Source: Promethearchaeota archaeon
GTDB lineage: Archaea > Asgardarchaeota > Lokiarchaeia > Sigyniarchaeales > SOKP01
DNA length: 64,000 nucleotides
Direction: 5' to 3'
Assembly (NCBI GenBank): GCA_016839705.1
Contig: JAEOTR010000048.1
Span: 1 to 64,000 of the forward strand
Positions 40,393-49,451 of the stretch are shown here, piece by piece (the first letter of the stretch is position 1; every line of letters starts with the position of its first letter). Below the pieces are notes generated by a model, which was given only the letters and a program-made list of their open reading frames with translations, did no database searches and was not told the DNA's origin. A program made the position numbers and the translations under genes.

Positions 40393-42543
40393 ATGTCAAC
40401 ATTAATAATAGCTGAGAAAAATAAAGCAGCAGAGGCTATAGCAAAAGCAATTGGGACAGTTAAAGTAATAAATAAAACCAAATCGTTAAAGATCTACTCA
40501 ATTCCATCAAAAAATATATATGTAGTTCCGTTACGTGGTCATCTTCTCGAATATAGAAATACGGATGCGTATAAAAGTTGGACAAAATCAAATCCTAGAG
40601 AAATTATCACTAATTCTAATGCAATTGAAAAAGTCCCTGTAAGTTATGCACCTCCCTATATTAGTGCTTTAAAAGAATATTCTAAAATTTCGGATCATTG
40701 CATTATTGGAACTGATGCTGACATTGAAGGATGTAACATTGGGTTTTTTGACGCTCTCCCTTATGTTAAGAACATAAACCCAAATATAAAAATCTCACAA
40801 ATGTGGCTTAGTTCACTCCAACCTAACGAAATTAACACTAAATTCAAAAATTTAATAACCCCAAAATACAGTTGGGGTGAATCAGGTGAGGCAAGAGCAA
40901 TTATTGATGCGATTATTGGTTTTTCTGCTACTAGAGAAGTCACCAATACTCTTCGTCTTTTATTAAATAAATTTGGCGTTAAGTTTACTTCAATTGGTAG
41001 AGTTCAGACCAGTCTTCTCTATTTAATCTATTTGAAAGAAAAAGATACCGAGAACTTTGTCCCAGAACTCTATTTTTTAATAGATGCGGTTTTACATCAT
41101 CAAAATGGGACATTTAAAGCACATCATTTATCAAATCCTTTTAAACATAATTTTGAATCCAAGGCACGACAAATTTTTCAAAAAATTCAAAAGGAAAAAA
41201 TTGCTAAAGTTGTGGATATATCTAAAAAACCTAGAAAAAGAAAACCACCGAGTCCTTTAAATACGTCAAAAGCACTAATCCTTCTGACTAAAAATTTAAA
41301 AATTCCCGCAAATTTTGCCTTGAAAACTATGAATGCGTTATACCTTAATAAAATAATATCCTACCCTCGGACAGATAGTGATGTCTACACACCAGAATTC
41401 AATCATACAGATATTTTAGATAAATTCACATCTCATTCTCAATTTGGCTCATATAGTATTAGTTTAATTAGAAATAAGAGAAAAACACCCACTAAGGGAA
41501 AAAAAGATGCAGGGGACCATCCACCAATTACTCCTCTTGAGAGTGTAGAAGAAAATAGTACAAAATTTGAAAATGAATTACAGAAAAAAGTATATAATCT
41601 ACTTGCACGACATTACTTAGCCTTATTTGGTGAAGACGCAACTGAGTCTACTCAAGTTTTAAATCTTCTTATTAAGGATGAAGCTTTTAAAGCTCAGCGA
41701 GTTTCATTAATCATAAAAGGATTTTTAGAAATTGCTCCGTTTCTCACACCCAAATATGAAGAAGAAATACAAATTTCGAGAAATGAATTACCAATAGAAG
41801 AAATTACCTTCAACCAAAAAGAAACCACACCACCCCCAAGATTCAATGATACATCCTTACTAAAATTGATGGAAAAAAATCATCTTGGAACAAAATCCAC
41901 ACGACCTCAAATAATTTACCTATTACAAAAGCGACAAGTGATAAAAAGAGTTAAATATCAATATTTAATAACAGATTTGGGTAAATTTATTATCGAAAGT
42001 TTGATTTCAATATGGTTACCCTTCCTTAAACCTGATTTTACAAAAATGATTGAAGAAAAGCTCGAAGATATTAAAGAAATGAGAGAAAAAATGCACAACG
42101 TTGTGGATGAAATAAGAATAGAGTTTTTGAAACTATTCGACAAGTTTCTAGCCAAAAAACAAGAGTTAACTTCGAAAGCTAATAATTATAAAATGAACTT
42201 CACGATACCTCTGACATCAACCAATTGTCCATTTTGCCATACTAACCCTATGAAATTTATTAATTTAAAAGCTAAAAGATTTCTAGTGTGCTCAGATGAA
42301 AGTTGTAAAAAATTTTTATCATTACCCAAGAAAGGAAAATTAGAATTATTAGATTCTGTTTGCTCGATTTGTAATTTCAATATTTTTAAAATATCCCTTC
42401 AGAAAAATCAAAAATTTTATACCTATTATCTGTGCCCTAAATGTTGGAATGATGGGTTTCAAGATAATCCTGAAAAAGGAAAAGGTTTCTGTTCTAACTG
42501 TAAAGACTTCAAAATTTCTAAAGATCAATGTATAAAAAAGTAA
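40393..42543 (+). CDS. topA: Type IA DNA topoisomerase (Topo III-like) with C-terminal zinc fingers
   Basis: IIAEK, TDADIEG, SIGRVQT, catalytic SYPRTDS, DHPPITP, and a Cys-rich tail. Confidence 0.93.
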   Translation: MSTLIIAEKNKAAEAIAKAIGTVKVINKTKSLKIYSIPSKNIYVVPLRGHLLEYRNTDAYKSWTKSNPREIITNSNAIEKVPVSYAPPYISALKEYSKISDHCIIGTDADIEGCNIGFFDALPYVKNINPNIKISQMWLSSLQPNEINTKFKNLITPKYSWGESGEARAIIDAIIGFSATREVTNTLRLLLNKFGVKFTSIGRVQTSLLYLIYLKEKDTENFVPELYFLIDAVLHHQNGTFKAHHLSNPFKHNFESKARQIFQKIQKEKIAKVVDISKKPRKRKPPSPLNTSKALILLTKNLKIPANFALKTMNALYLNKIISYPRTDSDVYTPEFNHTDILDKFTSHSQFGSYSISLIRNKRKTPTKGKKDAGDHPPITPLESVEENSTKFENELQKKVYNLLARHYLALFGEDATESTQVLNLLIKDEAFKAQRVSLIIKGFLEIAPFLTPKYEEEIQISRNELPIEEITFNQKETTPPPRFNDTSLLKLMEKNHLGTKSTRPQIIYLLQKRQVIKRVKYQYLITDLGKFIIESLISIWLPFLKPDFTKMIEEKLEDIKEMREKMHNVVDEIRIEFLKLFDKFLAKKQELTSKANNYKMNFTIPLTSTNCPFCHTNPMKFINLKAKRFLVCSDESCKKFLSLPKKGKLELLDSVCSICNFNIFKISLQKNQKFYTYYLCPKCWNDGFQDNPEKGKGFCSNCKDFKISKDQCIKK

Positions 42544-42589
42544 TAATTAGTATAGAATAACCTTTTGATTTCTTTACGATTTCATTCTC

Positions 42590-42928
42590 CTAAAAGAATT
42601 TCTTAACATCAAACCGATAAGCTGCTCTTGTTAAGCCAACATAATTGTCCGTAATCTTGTAAAACAGTTTTTCATTAACAAGTTTTTTCTGTAAATAGTT
42701 ATTTTTAATCAAATGATTTAAAGAATTAATCATGGTTCCTAACGTAACCGCGCCAACAAATCCATGTTGTTTCTTGGTAACCCTAATTAATTCAAGTTCA
42801 GAATGCCATTGTCCATCAAGAAGAGCCCTTAAAATATCATTCTTAATAGGGGTTTTTATATCTTTAATTTTATTGAACAAAACTGAATATATAGGATTAT
42901 AATATCTTTCCTGCTCTTTTTCTTCCAT
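42590..42928 (-). CDS. Winged-helix DNA-binding-like protein
   Basis: ILRALLDGQWHSELELIR...GAVTLGTMINSL...LQKKLVNEKLFYKI. Confidence 0.65.
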   Translation of the reverse strand: MEEKEQERYYNPIYSVLFNKIKDIKTPIKNDILRALLDGQWHSELELIRVTKKQHGFVGAVTLGTMINSLNHLIKNNYLQKKLVNEKLFYKITDNYVGLTRAAYRFDVKKFF

Positions 42929-42996
42929 TCTTCAATATCACTTTGCAAAACGCTTCTAATGTGATTTTATACTTAACCTTATTATTTAACTAAATG

Positions 42997-43104
42997 TAAT
43001 ATCGCTGTAATACCTAATTTTTGTCTTAATATTGTAATAATGTTTTTTTATCTTGTATGTTATGATTAACTCATAACATTTTGTACATAATATCGCTGTA
43101 ATAC
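42997..43104. promoter_or_regulatory. Operator-like region: two identical 17-bp direct repeats flanking a 9-5-9 palindrome
   Basis: TAATATCGCTGTAATAC at 42997-43013 and 43088-43104; ATGTTATGA-ttaac-TCATAACAT at 43057-43079. Confidence 0.65.
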
Positions 43105-43119
43105 TGATGAATGTGGTAT

Positions 43120-44241
43120 CTAAAGTAAATTAGGTGGAATCCCCTCATCAAAATATTTTACACGGGATATCCAGTTTTCTGAAAATTCCGGGATCTTTGC
43201 TAATATAGAACCTCCAATCCATACAGAAAAAGTTCTCTCTTGAGGAGCAATAATTCTTACGCTCTGGTTTTTTTTCTTCCTCCTGGCTAATTCAAGTTCT
43301 AATTCCTGATACATTCTTGATTTTAAATTAGGAAACATTGAAGAACCACCACTTAAAAAAATATTATTTAATAATTCTGGTCGAATATCCAAATCACAAG
43401 CTTCTATTACATCCAAAATTGCCACCGGTAGGGAATCCTCCTCTAATTCAGGAGATGGATTAAATAAAAGCTCTGGAACTATAAACCGTTCATTATGCAA
43501 TGAGATTGTTGAACCATCTGGTAAAGAATAGTCTTTATTATACTGTTCACTTCTTTTCAAATCCTCTTTATAATCTAAAGAAACAAAACAAGCTTTTTCT
43601 TTTAAAACTCTTACTAATTCTCTTCGAATAGAAGAATCAACCGACCAGCCAATAGATTCCAAGATTTTTTCCATATAATGAGTCAGTACCCTACCCCCAA
43701 TTTCTAGAATTCTTACCGCATGATTTAATTTATATCCTTCATAAATGGGTACAATTCTGGTATTGCTATCTCCAATTTCAATAATTAAACCTGTTTGAAA
43801 TCCCCCTGAATATAAAGTAAGCATCGAATCTAAAACAGGATAAAAATTCATACACTGAAGTCTTCCTAAAAAAAGTTCAAAAATTTTTTCCAAATCCTTA
43901 CGGGGGAATAAGGGATGGACGGCTAGTAGGACATTAACTAGAGAGGGATCAACTCTTAAATTATAGAAAATATAATCCACAATGTTTTCAAAATGCTTCC
44001 AATCAATAATAATCCCTTTTTCTATTGGATGAAAAATCTTATAAAGGCCAATAGATTGGATTTCATCTCCTACATAAAGTTCATCTTCTCGACTTTTAGC
44101 AGTTGAATAATCAATGCTTACACTTTGATATTTCGGTTTCCCAACCATCGTTAAGAAAACTTGAGCTGGAGAATCCTCTCCTGCAAATCCTATTTTAGTA
44201 GAAAATTGGCCAATATCAATAACAACAGTAAGATTTACCAT
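43120..44241 (-). CDS. Actin-related protein (divergent Asgard actin paralogue)
   Basis: VVIDIG..STKIGFAGEDSP, YVGDE, IVPIYEGY, LKEKACFV, YSLPDG, ERFIVPELLF, LSGGSSMFP, SVWIGGSILA. Confidence 0.93.
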   Translation of the reverse strand: MVNLTVVIDIGQFSTKIGFAGEDSPAQVFLTMVGKPKYQSVSIDYSTAKSREDELYVGDEIQSIGLYKIFHPIEKGIIIDWKHFENIVDYIFYNLRVDPSLVNVLLAVHPLFPRKDLEKIFELFLGRLQCMNFYPVLDSMLTLYSGGFQTGLIIEIGDSNTRIVPIYEGYKLNHAVRILEIGGRVLTHYMEKILESIGWSVDSSIRRELVRVLKEKACFVSLDYKEDLKRSEQYNKDYSLPDGSTISLHNERFIVPELLFNPSPELEEDSLPVAILDVIEACDLDIRPELLNNIFLSGGSSMFPNLKSRMYQELELELARRKKKNQSVRIIAPQERTFSVWIGGSILAKIPEFSENWISRVKYFDEGIPPNLL

Positions 44242-44571
44242 TCTTCCCTTCGAAAATTGCTTATTATTTAATTTCTAATTAATATTATAATCCTAATTAT
44301 TTTAATTAGTATTACACTACCAAAACTTTCTAGAAGACCTTTAATATAAAACTCTTTTTTTTCCTATAAAAAATCTTATACTATCAATACGATAAATTTA
44401 TCTAAAAGTACATTAAAATAATTGATATTTTTCCTTCAAAGGTTTCCCCTCAACTAAATCATAAATAACAAGCGTACTATAATACATGTCCAAAAATGTT
44501 AAGATATATATTAAAAGGAGTTTTAAATGATATTACAACAAATGAAATTCTAATTCAAATGAATTAAATAA

Positions 44572-45132
44572 GTGATTTTAAGTATGGAAAAAAGATACAT
44601 ACCTCTTTTTATAATGCTGGGATTTATTATCATTCTGATTATAACCGCATTTGTCGCTGCTGTTTTTGGCGTTCCGATCATAGCATTAGATCAGTCAGAA
44701 ATCTCGATCGCATCATTTGATTATTGGTCATTAGGACATTTCCTATGGGGAGTTGGACTTTTCGTTATATTCTTCACATTTGGTTGGATTATCAAAAATT
44801 TAACGGATAGCCCAAAAGATCCTATTAATGAACCAGAGGTTAGAAGCTTCATCATATATTGGATAATTATTCTTATTATTGCGGGTCTTTGGGAAGTTGT
44901 TGAAAATACAATTCTTCATATGGTTAGTATCAAAGTTAAATTCGACAGTGCGGCAAATATAATAACTGATATAATTACATGGGGCATTGGTGGATGTGTG
45001 AGTTGGTATATGACAGATCTAATGTTTTTAAGCGACAAATATCTCAGAGCTTATTACCTCTATGGATTTATGTGCCTCGCAATGGGTATAATCATATTCG
45101 TATTCTTTGGTTTTGTTACAACTAATTACTAA
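44572..45132 (+). CDS. Membrane protein, DUF2585-like putative metal-binding
   Basis: DYWSLGHF, WEVVEN and DSAANIITD in TM context. Confidence 0.6.
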   Translation: MILSMEKRYIPLFIMLGFIIILIITAFVAAVFGVPIIALDQSEISIASFDYWSLGHFLWGVGLFVIFFTFGWIIKNLTDSPKDPINEPEVRSFIIYWIIILIIAGLWEVVENTILHMVSIKVKFDSAANIITDIITWGIGGCVSWYMTDLMFLSDKYLRAYYLYGFMCLAMGIIIFVFFGFVTTNY

Positions 45133-45333
45133 CCTCATTTTTTTTTCTTTCGTGGTGGATTTCATTTAAAATAGGAAAATTTATTCTTTAGTTACAAGAA
45201 TGCAATTTTCAGTTTTTTCGAATAAAAAGAATAAGATTTGAAAAGCTTTTCTAATGAGTATGTTATATTTCTGTTGATTTTATTGCTTTGGAAATATAAT
45301 AGGTTGAACTAGACAGCCCATTCGATGGATTGA

Positions 45334-46065
45334 TTATTCTCCGCGCATAATCTTTTTCAAACGGTTAAGCTCATCGAGCATCTCATCACGAAGAGAGCTT
45401 AAACCACCCCCCGTTTGAGGGGCTGCTGCTGCCGGAGGTGCTCCAGGTGTTTGAGGTGGACTAGCTGGAGGTGTGGCTCGTGGACCACTTGGAGGTGCGG
45501 CTGGTGGACCACTTGGTCTTTTCGCGAACGCAGGAGTTGCTGTTGGAGGTATAGGTGGTGCACCAGAGCTTGGAGCTTTAGGTGGTGCACCAGAGCTTGG
45601 AGCTTTAGGTGGTCCCGATGGAGGTAATTTTGGAGCAGGTGGTAGACTGCCGGCTTTCGGTGGGCCGCTAGGCGGTGCACTCGGTGGCGCACTAGGAGGC
45701 CCTGCAGGAGCCTTAGGCGGGCCACCACTAGTAGGAGGTACTGGTGCTGCGGTTAGTGATGCTGGTGCTGTTGTTGGTGCTGCTTGGCTTTCAGCACCCC
45801 CACTTAAAAGAGAAAACAAAGTACTAGCTGCTGCAGTTTTGGCGGTCCCCGATGATGAGGCAACAATCTTTTTCGAGGAAGTACTAACAGTTTGGACGTC
45901 TTCTCCAACAGTAATTTCCTTTAAGTCTTTTTGGGCTTTTGATAATGACTTGATAAAATCATTAATTCCTTTAACTGTTTCTCCTAAGTCATCAGCGAGG
46001 CTAGTTAAGCCTTTTTTCATAAAATTAATAACACGTTCGATCTTTTTTTGTTCTTTTGAAACCAC
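45334..46065 (-). CDS. Proline-rich protein with N-terminal coiled coil and C-terminal WH2/EVH2-like amphipathic helix
   Basis: GTG start; heptad-like aa 5-52; P/A/S/G-rich aa ~97-216; ends GGGLSSLRDEMLDELNRLKKIMRGE. Confidence 0.75.
   Translation of the reverse strand: MVSKEQKKIERVINFMKKGLTSLADDLGETVKGINDFIKSLSKAQKDLKEITVGEDVQTVSTSSKKIVASSSGTAKTAAASTLFSLLSGGAESQAAPTTAPASLTAAPVPPTSGGPPKAPAGPPSAPPSAPPSGPPKAGSLPPAPKLPPSGPPKAPSSGAPPKAPSSGAPPIPPTATPAFAKRPSGPPAAPPSGPRATPPASPPQTPGAPPAAAAPQTGGGLSSLRDEMLDELNRLKKIMRGE
45554..45613. repeat. Perfect 27-bp tandem duplication (encodes KAPSSGAPP twice)
   Basis: GGTGGTGCACCAGAGCTTGGAGCTTTA at 45554-45580 and 45581-45607, followed by GGTGGT. Confidence 0.95.
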
Positions 46066-46488
46066 GTCTCACTCAATTCCTCTGATTATGTTGTAATTAT
46101 GATTATAATTTTTATTATTAGTATTTTAATTATATTAATATCTATATATATAATAGACTTTTTCGTAATTTACTTATTGATATTTTTTTTTAAAATTTTT
46201 TTTTATAATTGCATTATAATTGTTTGATTATAAAAAATTATGTAGGTTTCGTATTGAACGTGTGATATTCATAGATAAAAAGAGAAAAAGCGATATTATT
46301 CGTAAATGATTTTTTAATCCCTCCTTAAATGATTCTTGAAACTACACAGTTTCCCAATCGTAAAAAAACGTTAATTATTAAAAAACCTAAACTAATAATA
46401 TTATATAACATATTTCATTAGTAAGTTTAAAAATTTTAAAAAATTCAATCCTCCAAAAATTCTTCAGAATTGAATAAATATAAAATAG

Positions 46489-46764
46489 GTGTTCAAAATA
46501 CCAAAACGAGAACTTTTTATTAAGCGGGTCTATGAGATCGTCAATGAGCTTAAAATCCCATTAATTGATGAGAGAGTATATGACAAAGTAAATTTCAATA
46601 CGGGAGCTTCAATCGCTAACGTAATTTTTAGATTCGAGGAAGATGAGTCAGTAATCCGAGGGTTTCTTGGTCTTGCGGAATATTTTCACACTGTGGTGAT
46701 CAAGAAAAAAGACGAGTTCTATATTCCGCATGCTTCAATTTTATTTCGTTTGCTGAGCGCATGA
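46489..46764 (+). CDS. Hypothetical protein
   Basis: 91-aa ORF with globular composition, followed by a T-tract. Confidence 0.7.
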   Translation: MFKIPKRELFIKRVYEIVNELKIPLIDERVYDKVNFNTGASIANVIFRFEEDESVIRGFLGLAEYFHTVVIKKKDEFYIPHASILFRLLSA

Positions 46765-46814
46765 GCGCACAAATCATTTTTTTTTTACTTTATTTTATGT
46801 TATAGCTCTTTATA

Positions 46815-47525
46815 TTATTTCATTGAAGAAATGTAGAATTTTGATTTGTTAATAATTTCTATTACTTCTGATTCTGGAACATCATACCAATTCTTGTAGG
46901 CGTCAGCAACTGCGAACCACATTACATCTCTAATATTTGGGCAAAAAATTTCGTTTACTTTAGTCTTAATATTGTTTATAGTTCTCAAGGGTGCTGTCGG
47001 AACCGCAATAAATATCTTAGCAGGATAATATTTTTTAATCATATTAATTGCTGCTAGCATCGTAAAACCTGAAGCTAACCCGTCATCTAGTATAAATATA
47101 TTTTTGTCCTTAATGTTCTGTATATAGAAATCTTCCAAATTATCCTTCTTTCCATAATATTTTAATCTTTCCTTAATTTCCTTCTTAGTTAACTCGATAG
47201 AATTTTGTACTGCTTGCTCTGATAAATTTAGACGCGACAGAAGTTGTTTATTAATTAAAATAGTTCCATCTGTGGTTACTGATCCAAAGCCCGCTTCAGT
47301 ATTATAAGGGATCTTTATTTTTCGAACAATAAGTATGTCATAATTCAAGTTATAACGAGAACAAAAACCTTCGCTAACTGGTACACCACCATTTGGAATT
47401 GAGAAACAAAAACATTTATCTCTATTTTCAACAATAAAGGTATGTAATTGCTTATTTTCTTGTAAAATGAATTCTGCTAGTAATTCCCCCGCTTTAATAC
47501 GCGACGAGTATTTAACAAATTTCAT
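46815..47525 (-). CDS. Phosphoribosyltransferase-like protein (COG1926-type)
   Basis: IPNGGVPV, VRKIKIPYNTEAGFGSV, ILDDGLASGFTM, AVPTAP. Confidence 0.9.
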   Translation of the reverse strand: MKFVKYSSRIKAGELLAEFILQENKQLHTFIVENRDKCFCFSIPNGGVPVSEGFCSRYNLNYDILIVRKIKIPYNTEAGFGSVTTDGTILINKQLLSRLNLSEQAVQNSIELTKKEIKERLKYYGKKDNLEDFYIQNIKDKNIFILDDGLASGFTMLAAINMIKKYYPAKIFIAVPTAPLRTINNIKTKVNEIFCPNIRDVMWFAVADAYKNWYDVPESEVIEIINKSKFYISSMK

Positions 47526-47716
47526 TCTTGCTCTTACTATAAAATATCAAAAGATCTCATATAAAAATTACAGTTTGAAGACTGTATAAAATTAGATTAT
47601 CATCTTTATTAATTATTGAATCAATTGTTCAACGTAACTTTAAATATCCGAATTTGAATAATATTTATAACATTATAATTTAATAAAATAAATCCAAAAC
47701 CTTAATTGAAGGAATT

Positions 47717-49384
47717 ATGAGGAAAAATAAACGTTTAGTTGTTTTATTATTGCCTTTATTTCTATTGCTTCCTTTTAGTAATTATGCCAATGCGCAGACT
47801 CCTAGTTATGTTGGTGTTGCCGCAGGAGAACAATATACTTGGAAAGCTAGAATAAATTTTGGGAATGTTGATGAGTTATTAACTAATGCTAGAGACGTTT
47901 TAGTTGATTGGAAAGCTAATCTGCCCTCAATTGATTTAGGTGGATTAGAATCAATGACAGTTGAGGATATATATCAAGAAATAGCAGAAGTGTATTTATC
48001 TTATGTACTTCCTACTGGTTGGGAAAGTATGAATATAACCGATTTAATTACAGCAACATTTGTGGATTACATTGAGCAATTTAATGCAACCTTTCTTTCA
48101 GGGATGATACCCTCTAATTGGCTAACCCTAAACTTTACAGATTTTTACAATCTAGCAGTAGAAGGAATTAATGCTACATTATATACGCCTGGTTGGCATG
48201 ATAATCCGCTCCCAGAATTATATAAGTTGGCTATTAACGAACTTAACTCTACTATTTTATATGGGCTAATTCCTGCTGGTTGGGAGGCTATGACTATAGA
48301 GGACCTTATCGGAACCCTTTTGAAGGCGAATGCTCCTCCATTAGCGGAAAGTTTTGTAGTTAATATGATGATTGATGCAATGTTGTCTTTAGGCATTCCC
48401 GCTGACATGTTAGATGATACAATAAGCGATTTGATAGATCAATTAATGGCGATGTTACCTCCTATAAATGCTACTGATTTATTTGATGGAATCTTTTTTG
48501 GAATAAATCAAACTATACCTGGTATTGAATCAGAAAATATGACATATGTTCTCGATATGCTTGGTGAAACGGTTAATATGACAATGCCCACCGGATATGG
48601 TGCACTTAATATATCCACCTTACTCGAAACAGTAATCGAAAATGATCTTATTGAGATACTTTATCCCCCAGAATTGGCGGGTATGACATATGTAGAATTA
48701 TTAAATATGTCTTATACCCAAGCTATAGATGCACTTAATACCGTTATAATACCAGAATGGATCAATATGTATACAGGGCTTCAAGGGATGGGGATGACAA
48801 GTTATGAAGTAGGATTAAGAGTAAAAATAAATACTATAGGAACGGAGATTGAGGCATACCCTGGTGGTCCAAAAGGTGTCCCTATTACCATGAATTATTC
48901 CATTTCCATGGATTTTGAAGAATGGATAGATTTATCGACATTCATCGGTTTACCTGGTGGTTTTAGCCCACTGACGATTTTTTTCGGTTATACAATGTTT
49001 TTTCCAGGAACAATTACTTTAAATCCTTATATTGTTGATCCATCTACATATTCATTAACCCAGACAGCATTAACGGATCAAGCAGTCTTTACTGGAGCTT
49101 TAATCGTAGCAAATAATTATGATTGGGGGACTGTTCAAACTGATATTATAATGCCAACAACTGGAAATGCTGATGCTATTACAATGTCATCAGCTTGGAA
49201 TACTAAGGGTGTTCTAAGCAGTGCTTCTGTAAAAGCAGACGGACTGGTAGTCGCATCAATTACATTAGTTGGTGCAGGGGGAGAAATCCCGGGATATGAA
49301 ACTCTGATTGTTCTGGGTGTCGCCAGCATTGGATTAATCGCAATAATTTACAACATGAAAAGGAAAAAAAAATTAATTAAATAA
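47717..49384 (+). CDS. Surface protein with signal peptide, internal PxGW repeats and IPGY-TM-basic tail
   Basis: Signal peptide ...ANA/QTPSYVGV; C-terminus EIPGYETLIVLGVASIGLIAIIYNMKRKKK. Confidence 0.8.
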   Translation: MRKNKRLVVLLLPLFLLLPFSNYANAQTPSYVGVAAGEQYTWKARINFGNVDELLTNARDVLVDWKANLPSIDLGGLESMTVEDIYQEIAEVYLSYVLPTGWESMNITDLITATFVDYIEQFNATFLSGMIPSNWLTLNFTDFYNLAVEGINATLYTPGWHDNPLPELYKLAINELNSTILYGLIPAGWEAMTIEDLIGTLLKANAPPLAESFVVNMMIDAMLSLGIPADMLDDTISDLIDQLMAMLPPINATDLFDGIFFGINQTIPGIESENMTYVLDMLGETVNMTMPTGYGALNISTLLETVIENDLIEILYPPELAGMTYVELLNMSYTQAIDALNTVIIPEWINMYTGLQGMGMTSYEVGLRVKINTIGTEIEAYPGGPKGVPITMNYSISMDFEEWIDLSTFIGLPGGFSPLTIFFGYTMFFPGTITLNPYIVDPSTYSLTQTALTDQAVFTGALIVANNYDWGTVQTDIIMPTTGNADAITMSSAWNTKGVLSSASVKADGLVVASITLVGAGGEIPGYETLIVLGVASIGLIAIIYNMKRKKKLIK

Positions 49385-49451
49385 TCCTTTTTTTTTTATA
49401 TTTTGTTTTATTTTTTTATGTCATTTAAAGATTTAAATTATCAGAATTCTT

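Noticed and set aside
42997-43104. Mini-CRISPR or insertion target-site duplication
   Set aside because: Only two 17-bp units with a 74-bp spacer; no cas or transposase genes nearby.
43120-44241. Calling this the canonical filament-forming Lokiactin
   Set aside because: The phosphate loops, Q137/H161 equivalents and hydrophobic plug are substituted.
45420-45780. Canonical profilin-binding polyproline tract
   Set aside because: No run longer than two prolines; GPPPPP-type motifs are absent.
45473-46096. 207-aa Gly-rich plus-strand ORF (also 45399-45728 and 45415-45627)
   Set aside because: Antisense or alternate-frame shadows of the GC-rich proline codons. The minus-strand 243-aa frame has ordered terminal helices.
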